This document shows, one piece after another, positions 58,183 to 64,000 of a DNA stretch of 64,000 nt. Every line of letters starts with the position of its first letter. Positions within the stretch are counted from its first letter, which is position 1. Source of the DNA: an uncultured Candidatus Binatia bacterium (GTDB lineage Bacteria > Desulfobacterota > Binatia > UBA9968 > JAJDTQ01). Below the pieces are notes generated by a model. The model made no database searches, had not been told where the DNA came from, and saw nothing but the letters and a program-made list of their open reading frames with translations. The stretch is taken from assembly GCA_965215605.1 (NCBI GenBank), contig OZ244070.1:2880001-2944000 (forward strand), written 5' to 3'. The translations under genes and the position numbers were made by a program.

Positions 58183-59928
58183 ATGGCTGAATACGGCTCC
58201 GACCTCATCGTGGACATGCTCAAGAGCCTGGGCATCAAGTACGCGGCCCTGAACCCCGGGGCGAGCTTTCGCGGCATCCACGACTCGCTGGTGAACTACA
58301 ACGGCAACAAGAACCCGGAGATGATCGTCTGCTGCCACGAGGAGATCGCCGTGGCCGTGGCCCACGGCTACGCCAAGGCCACCGGCGAGCCCATGGCCGC
58401 CATCGTTCACGACGTGGTGGGCCTCCAGCACGCCTCCATGGCCATCTACAACGCCTGGTGCGACAAGACGCCGGTGCTGGTGCTGGGCGGCACCGGGCCC
58501 ATGGACACCACCAAGCGGCGGCCCTGGATCGACTGGATCCACACCGCGCTGGTGCAGGGCAACTTCGTGCGCGACATCGTCAAGCTCGACGACCAGCCTA
58601 TGAGCCTGGGCGCCTTGCCCAACTCCATCCTGCGGGGCTACCGGGTGGCCATGACGGAGCCCAAGGGGCCCGTCTACCTGTGCTTCGACCTCGACCTGCA
58701 GGAGTCGCGGCTGCCGGAAGCCATGGCCCAGTCCATGCCGGCCCCGGACCGCTTCCGGCCGCCGGTGCCGCTCCAGGCCGAGCAGGGCGCCATCGAGGAG
58801 GCCGCGGAATGGCTGTGCCAGGCCCGGAACCCGCTCATCATCGCCGACTACCTGGGGCGGAATCCCCAATCCATGCTTTCGCTGGTGGAACTGGCTGAAG
58901 AGTTGGGGGCCCCGGTGGTGGACCGGGGCGCGCGCCACAACTTCCCCAACACCCATCCTCTGGACCTGAGCGGGAAAGAGAAGGAACTGGTGGCCGAGGC
59001 CGATGTCATCCTGGGCCTCGATGTCATGGACCTTTACGGCGCGCTGCACCGGCACGACGCCAGAACCCAGACCTCCGCGCCCGCGTTCCAGCCCGGCTGC
59101 AGGATCGTCAACGTGACGCTGGCGGACTTCGCCATCAAAAGCTGGTCCACCGAGTACATGGAGCTGTCGCCCGTGGACCTGCCGATCCTGGCCGACACCA
59201 GCGTTTTCGTGCCCGCCTTGACCGAAGCGGTGCGGCGACGGGGAGGACCCGAGCCATCCGTGAAGGACGACCGCTGCCGGACGCTGGAGCAACGCCACCG
59301 GGAAATCCGCGAGGAGAGCCAGGCCATGCTGCGGAAGCGCTGGGATGAGAGCCCCATCTCGCCGCCGCGCATGTCGCAGGAGATCTGGGAGGTCATCAAG
59401 GATGAGGACTGGACCTTGGTGGCGGGCTCCTTCCGCGGCTGGCCCCGGCGGCTCTGGAACTGGGAGAAACCCAACGCGTTCCTCGGCGGCTACGGCGGCG
59501 GCGGCCTCGGCTACGCGCCCGGCGCGTCCGTGGGCGCGGCCCTGGGACTCAAGGATACCGGTACCGTGTGCATCGACCTGCAGCGCGACGGCGACCTGCT
59601 GTTCACCAACAGCGCGCTGTGGACGGCTGCCAGCTACGACGTGCCGCTGCTCATGATCATGACCAACAACCGCACCTACTACAACGACGAGGAACACCAG
59701 GAGCGGGTGGCGGTGGCCCGCAGCCGCCCGGTGGAAAACAAGGGCATCGGCATGCGCATGGAAAAGCCGCCGGTGGACTTCGCCACCCTGGCCAAGTCCT
59801 TCGGGGTCTGGAGCGAAGGGCCCATAGAGGACCCGGCCGATATCCAGCCCGCGGTCAGACGGGCGCTGGCGGTGGTCAAGGAAGAGCGCAAGCCGGCGCT
59901 GCTGGACGTGATCATACAGGCGATCTAA
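58183..59928 (+). CDS. Thiamine pyrophosphate-dependent enzyme (benzoylformate decarboxylase/ALS-like)
   Basis: NPG, HEEIAVAVAHGYAK, PKGPVY and DGD...NN TPP motif. Confidence 0.9.
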   Translation: MAEYGSDLIVDMLKSLGIKYAALNPGASFRGIHDSLVNYNGNKNPEMIVCCHEEIAVAVAHGYAKATGEPMAAIVHDVVGLQHASMAIYNAWCDKTPVLVLGGTGPMDTTKRRPWIDWIHTALVQGNFVRDIVKLDDQPMSLGALPNSILRGYRVAMTEPKGPVYLCFDLDLQESRLPEAMAQSMPAPDRFRPPVPLQAEQGAIEEAAEWLCQARNPLIIADYLGRNPQSMLSLVELAEELGAPVVDRGARHNFPNTHPLDLSGKEKELVAEADVILGLDVMDLYGALHRHDARTQTSAPAFQPGCRIVNVTLADFAIKSWSTEYMELSPVDLPILADTSVFVPALTEAVRRRGGPEPSVKDDRCRTLEQRHREIREESQAMLRKRWDESPISPPRMSQEIWEVIKDEDWTLVAGSFRGWPRRLWNWEKPNAFLGGYGGGGLGYAPGASVGAALGLKDTGTVCIDLQRDGDLLFTNSALWTAASYDVPLLMIMTNNRTYYNDEEHQERVAVARSRPVENKGIGMRMEKPPVDFATLAKSFGVWSEGPIEDPADIQPAVRRALAVVKEERKPALLDVIIQAI

Positions 59929-59940
59929 GGAGGATTCGTC

Positions 59941-61620
59941 ATGGCATACGATCTGGTGATTCGCGGCGCGACCATCTGTGACGGCTCGGGACAACCCGGC
60001 TATGCCGGCGACGTGGCCGTCGGGGGCGGCACGATCCGGCAAGTCGGCGGCAAGGCCGGCCCGGCCACACGCGAGGTGGACGGCGACGGCCTGGTCGTGG
60101 CGCCCGGCTTCATCGACGGCCACACCCACATGGACGCGCAACTCCTGTGGGACCCCCAGGTGACCAGCTCCTGCTATCACGGCGTCACCAGCATCGTCAC
60201 CGGCAACTGCGGCTTGAGCCTCGCCCCGTGCAAGCCCGAGGACCGGGACATCCTGCTCCAGACCTTCTCTCACGTCGAAGGCATGGACATCGAGCTCTTG
60301 CGGCGCGCGGTGGAATGGAGCTGGACCGACATGGCGGGTTACATGGACGCGGTGGAGGCCATGCGGCCGGCGCTCAACGTCGGCATGCTGGTGGGCCACT
60401 GCCCGCTGCGCCAGTACGTCATGGGGGAGGAGTCCATCAAGCGCGCCGCCACCGCGGAGGAGATCGCGGCCATGCAGGCGCTGCTGCGGGAGGCGCTGAA
60501 CGCCGGGCTGCTGGGCTTCTCCACCAACCGCAACGAGCGCCACTTCCGCGAAGACGGCGAGCCGCTGCCGAGCCGGTTGGCGGAGTGGGAAGAGCTGGAA
60601 GCGCTGGGGCAGGTGCTGACGGACCTGAAGCGAGGGGTGATCCAGATGAGTTCCGCGGGCCAGAACGCCGAGCGTGTGGCGTCGCTGGCGGACTTCTCGC
60701 TCCGCACCGGCCGTCCGGTGGTGTGGAACTCCATCCTGCACCGGTGGTCCAAGCCCGACGAGTGGCGCGAATTGCTGGACGCCACGGTGGCGGGCTTCGA
60801 GCGCGGCGCGCAGGCCTGGGCCAACACCAACGTCCGGCCCTTCAACAACCGCTTCAACCTCATCGACGGCCAGGAGTTCGACGAGTTCCCCACTTGGCGC
60901 GGCCTCATGTTCAGCCCCATCGAGGAGCGCCGGGCGGCGTTCCAGGACCCGGAAGTGCGGAAGAAGCTCCGCTGGGAGGTGGTGGAGAACCCCACGCCCT
61001 CGGCCTTCCACAAACGCTGGGAGCTGGTCTACATCGTCAAGCCCACCACCGGGAAGAACGCCCATCTCAAGGGCGCCAACGTGGCCGACTACGCCCGCTC
61101 CCAGGGCAAGGACGTCTTCGATGCGTTCATGGACCTGTGCCTGGAGGAAAACCTGGAAACCGGTTTCCAGACCGCCCACACCAACGGCGACGCCGACGCC
61201 GTCGGCGCCATCGTGTCCAACCCGTACACGGTGCTGGGCCAGTCCGACGCCGGCGCCCACGTGGCCATCGACGCCGGCTTCGGCTACTGCACCCTGCTGC
61301 TGGCCAAGTACGTCAGGGAGCGCGGCGACCTCACCCTGGAGGAAGGGGTCCGCAAGCTCACCTCCATGCAGGCCGACATCTGCGGCATCGCCGACCGGGG
61401 CCGGCTCGAGCCCGGCATGGCCGCCGACGTGGTCGTCTTCGACCCCGCCACCGTGGCGCCCCGGGAGCCGGAGCTGTTGCACGACTTCCCCGGCGGCGCT
61501 GCCCGGTTGGCCCAGTATGCGGACGGCATTCATACCGTCCTGGTCAACGGACAGGTGTCACTGGAGGGCGGCGAGCCCACCGGGGGGCGGGCGGGGAAGG
61601 TGCTGCGGAACGGAGTGTAA
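59941..61620 (+). CDS. N-acyl-D-amino-acid deacylase family amidohydrolase
   Basis: APGFIDGHTHMD, GNCG, SDAGAH and DRGRLEPGMAADVVVFD. Confidence 0.9.
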   Translation: MAYDLVIRGATICDGSGQPGYAGDVAVGGGTIRQVGGKAGPATREVDGDGLVVAPGFIDGHTHMDAQLLWDPQVTSSCYHGVTSIVTGNCGLSLAPCKPEDRDILLQTFSHVEGMDIELLRRAVEWSWTDMAGYMDAVEAMRPALNVGMLVGHCPLRQYVMGEESIKRAATAEEIAAMQALLREALNAGLLGFSTNRNERHFREDGEPLPSRLAEWEELEALGQVLTDLKRGVIQMSSAGQNAERVASLADFSLRTGRPVVWNSILHRWSKPDEWRELLDATVAGFERGAQAWANTNVRPFNNRFNLIDGQEFDEFPTWRGLMFSPIEERRAAFQDPEVRKKLRWEVVENPTPSAFHKRWELVYIVKPTTGKNAHLKGANVADYARSQGKDVFDAFMDLCLEENLETGFQTAHTNGDADAVGAIVSNPYTVLGQSDAGAHVAIDAGFGYCTLLLAKYVRERGDLTLEEGVRKLTSMQADICGIADRGRLEPGMAADVVVFDPATVAPREPELLHDFPGGAARLAQYADGIHTVLVNGQVSLEGGEPTGGRAGKVLRNGV

Positions 61621-61676
61621 CGGGGACGTTCGCTCGACTGGATCAAAAACGCAGTTGCCGCACGGATAGGTATGGG

Positions 61677-61707
61677 ATATGAATATAATCAACGGATTTT
61701 TTCATAT
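61677..61707 (+). promoter_or_regulatory. TA promoter -10 (TATAAT) inside inverted repeat ATATGAA-N17-TTCATAT
   Basis: AT-rich patch; TATAAT at 61684-61689; probable ParD operator. Confidence 0.55.
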
Positions 61708-61721
61708 ACTTGGAGACGGAA

Positions 61722-61978
61722 ATGGCGACCATCCCGAAGACTGTTAGCCTTACCCACAAAAATGAAGCGTGGGTCAACGAACGCGTCAGATCCGGGGACT
61801 TCGGCAACGCCAGCGAGTACATCCGGGATCTGATCCGGCGCGATGAAGAGCGCCAGACCCGCGTCGAGGCCATTCGCGCCGCGTTGATCGAAGGAGAGGA
61901 GAGTGGCATCAGCGATCGGATGCCGGAGGACATCATGCAGCCCTGATCGAGAAAAAACGTCGGAATGGGGCGCTATAG
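61722..61978 (+). pseudogene. parD: ParD-family RHH antitoxin, frameshifted near C-terminus (ORF stops at 61946)
   Basis: SGDFGNASEYIRDLIRR and ALIEGEESG. An alternative frame continues LIEKKRRNGAL* and overlaps the parE start. Confidence 0.7.
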
Positions 61979-62192
61979 GCTCACCAAAGCCGCCGATGGG
62001 GACTTCGAGAGCATCTTCGACTTCGGAATCGATCGATTCGGCATGGACCGGGCGCAGGCCTACCAGCGGGACATGATCGAACACTTCGCACAGCTCGCGG
62101 AAAGGCCGTTGCTCTATCCCTCCGTCGGGCACCTCCGCCCTGGCCTCCACCGCAGCGTCTATAAGTCTCACTCGATCTACTACCGGGTGGAC
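61965..62192 (+). pseudogene. parE: ParE/RelE toxin, C-terminally truncated
   Basis: YRLTKAADGDFESIFDFGIDRFG...HSIYYRVD, then an abrupt switch to unrelated GC-rich sequence; the final strand is missing. Confidence 0.72.
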
Positions 62193-62292
62193 TGCCGCCA
62201 AGGAAGGCCCCGCGGCGGGCGGCTGCGGCCCGGGGGGTCGATCCCTTGCCGCCTGTCGCCCGCCGTTCGATCGCCCGCGGGGCTTCGGCCTG

Positions 62293-63264
62293 CTATTTCG
62301 GCAGGACCTTCTTCATATCGTCGATGTACTTCCGGTAGAGCCCCGCGCGGACGGCGATGTCCTTCCTGGCGCGCTTGGCGTCTCCCGGGTCGAGGATCAG
62401 GCCGGACTTCAGGAGGAAGTCGGTGAATTCCTTGTCGTTCATGGCCTTGAGGAGCGCCGTCTCCAGGATCTTGGCGCGGTCGGCCGGGGTTCCCGGAGGG
62501 GCCGCCATGTGCCGCGAGGAGGCCAGCGTGAAGTCGTAGCCCGCTTCCCTGGCGGTGGGGACGTCCGGAGCGTAGGTGGAGCGCTTGCCCGCGAGGTCCA
62601 GCACCGGGCGGATTTCCTTGGTCTTCAGGTACGGCACCACCGAGGGATGATCGATGGGCTGGAGGAAGACGTCGTAGTCGCCCCGGAGCAGCCCCGGAAG
62701 GGCTTCACCGGTGCCGCGGTACCCGGACACGACGTCGAACTTGATGCCCAGTTCCTTGGCCGCGATGAAGGCGTCGAACCAGCGTCCGGCGCCGATGGAT
62801 TCGATTCCCCAGACCACCCGGTTCGCCTGCTGCAGGTCCTTCAGCGTCTTGTACTTGGAGTCGTTGCGCAGGAGCAGGGCGTAGGGCTCGCCGCCCACCC
62901 GTACCAGCCAGGTGAACTTCTCGAAGTCGTAGCCAGCCTTCGCGGCCCCCTTGAGAAAGGGCACGGGCATCATGCCACCGTACATCTGGCCGATGGTGTA
63001 GCCGTCGGGCTTGGAGCGGTACAGGTAGACGGTGCCGGTGACGCCGCCGGCGCCGGTGACGTTCTTGACGATGGCCTTGACGCCCTTGGGGAGATACTTC
63101 TCGATGCTGCGGGAGATGGCCCGGGAAATGGTGTCGAAACCGCCGCCGGGCGAGAACGTCACGATGCTGTTGATGTTCCTCTCGGGGAACTCCGCGTGGC
63201 TCGGCGCGGCCAACAGCAAAAGTACCGCAACGCTGATCATCACGACGCGTAACAGACGATTCAT
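62293..63264 (-). CDS. tctC: TctC/Bug substrate-binding protein
   Basis: FSPGGGFD, NVTGAGG, KPDGYT, GYRG, DVPT and PPGTP. Confidence 0.92.
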   Translation of the reverse strand: MNRLLRVVMISVAVLLLLAAPSHAEFPERNINSIVTFSPGGGFDTISRAISRSIEKYLPKGVKAIVKNVTGAGGVTGTVYLYRSKPDGYTIGQMYGGMMPVPFLKGAAKAGYDFEKFTWLVRVGGEPYALLLRNDSKYKTLKDLQQANRVVWGIESIGAGRWFDAFIAAKELGIKFDVVSGYRGTGEALPGLLRGDYDVFLQPIDHPSVVPYLKTKEIRPVLDLAGKRSTYAPDVPTAREAGYDFTLASSRHMAAPPGTPADRAKILETALLKAMNDKEFTDFLLKSGLILDPGDAKRARKDIAVRAGLYRKYIDDMKKVLPK

Positions 63265-63342
63265 GGATCTACCTCCGTCAAGGCGGTAACCGCCGGGTTG
63301 GCCGGCGCGGATGACGATTCCCGCACCGTGTGAAAATCGCCA

Positions 63343-63435
63343 TGTTTATTCAGGTGGAGGGTTGGTGTCAAGCAGCGTGACGATGACCAGATCTGGCCCA
63401 CCATCTTGACAACGCACGGACGATGGCCATAGAGT
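63343..63435. promoter_or_regulatory. Divergent sigma70-like promoters
   Basis: Plus strand TTGACA(63406)-N18-TAGAGT; minus strand TTGACA at 63366-63371. Confidence 0.5.
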
Positions 63436-63554
63436 CGGGGTGTTCGTTCACCCGGGGCCGGCTGTACTCCAGCGAGTGACCGAACACGGCATCCAGTCAA
63501 TTCCACCGCGCCGCCGGCACTCTTTCAACGACCAAACCCATCGAGGAGGAAACC

Positions 63555-64000
63555 ATGGCCAGGGACGTCGAAGTCATCGATGCGGACGGGCATATCACCG
63601 AGACGGACGAGCAGCTCAAGAAGTACATGGAAGCGCCGTGGGTGGACCGGACCGCGACCCTCTACCCCATCGACAACTGGGACCGTTCCATCGGCGGGAC
63701 CCTGGGGACCACGGCGTGCGACGCCAAGACGTGGTTGAACGCCATGGACGACGGCGGCCTCACCACCGCCTACCTCTATCCCACGGGCGGCCTGGGCATC
63801 GGCTGGATCCGCGAGCCGGACTTGGCGGTGGCCCTGTGCAAGGCCTGGAACGACTTCGTCTCCGAGGAGTTCCAGAAGGTCAGTCCCCGGCTCAAGGGGG
63901 TGGCGCTGGTGTCGTTTCAGGACGTGCCCGAGGCGGTCAAAGAGTTGCGCCGGGCCGTCCAGGAGCTGGAGCTGACGGGGTTGATGCTGCCGGCCGTGGG
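63555..64000 (+). CDS. Amidohydrolase_2 family protein, 3' end outside window
   Basis: GAGGAG RBS; MARDVEVIDADGHITE...LYPT...CKAWNDF, open to the window end. Confidence 0.85.
   Translation, partial: MARDVEVIDADGHITETDEQLKKYMEAPWVDRTATLYPIDNWDRSIGGTLGTTACDAKTWLNAMDDGGLTTAYLYPTGGLGIGWIREPDLAVALCKAWNDFVSEEFQKVSPRLKGVALVSFQDVPEAVKELRRAVQELELTGLMLPAV

Noticed and set aside
57568-61533. 1321-aa minus-strand ORF, and similarly 33253-35463 (+) and 10202-12667 (-)
   Set aside because: Shadow frames over well-supported opposite-strand genes.

Overview
GC-rich bacterial chromosomal segment with about 50 genes and no rRNA, tRNA, CRISPR array or transposase that I can see. Its content (a Sup-type PKS, many family III CoA-transferases, amidohydrolases, orphan TctC/Bug binding proteins) suggests a sponge-associated Deltaproteobacteria/Binatia-like organism; this is inference only. 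In order, the window holds: a lycopene cyclase-Rieske oxygenase pair; a Mo/W-enzyme operon (NarM-like, MobA-MoaD fusion, AOR, two-subunit NAD-linked formate dehydrogenase); an unannotated 23-aa membrane peptide with its own promoter and operator; a LemA/TPM operon; a supA-supB-hydrolase PKS locus preceded by a permease relic; clpP, ltaE and rodZ; a secreted DUF3179 selenoprotein with an in-frame UGA (UxxC) and a SECIS-like hairpin; acyl-CoA catabolism genes; a lower-GC islet in which four 22-bp-period repeats precede an AAA-DUF4143 ATPase and a nuclease-like gene fused to a MazE-type tail; a large divergent catabolic cluster that includes an atypical CX8CX2C radical SAM enzyme; and a decaying parDE module. 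All functional calls come from motif recognition by eye, not from database searches.
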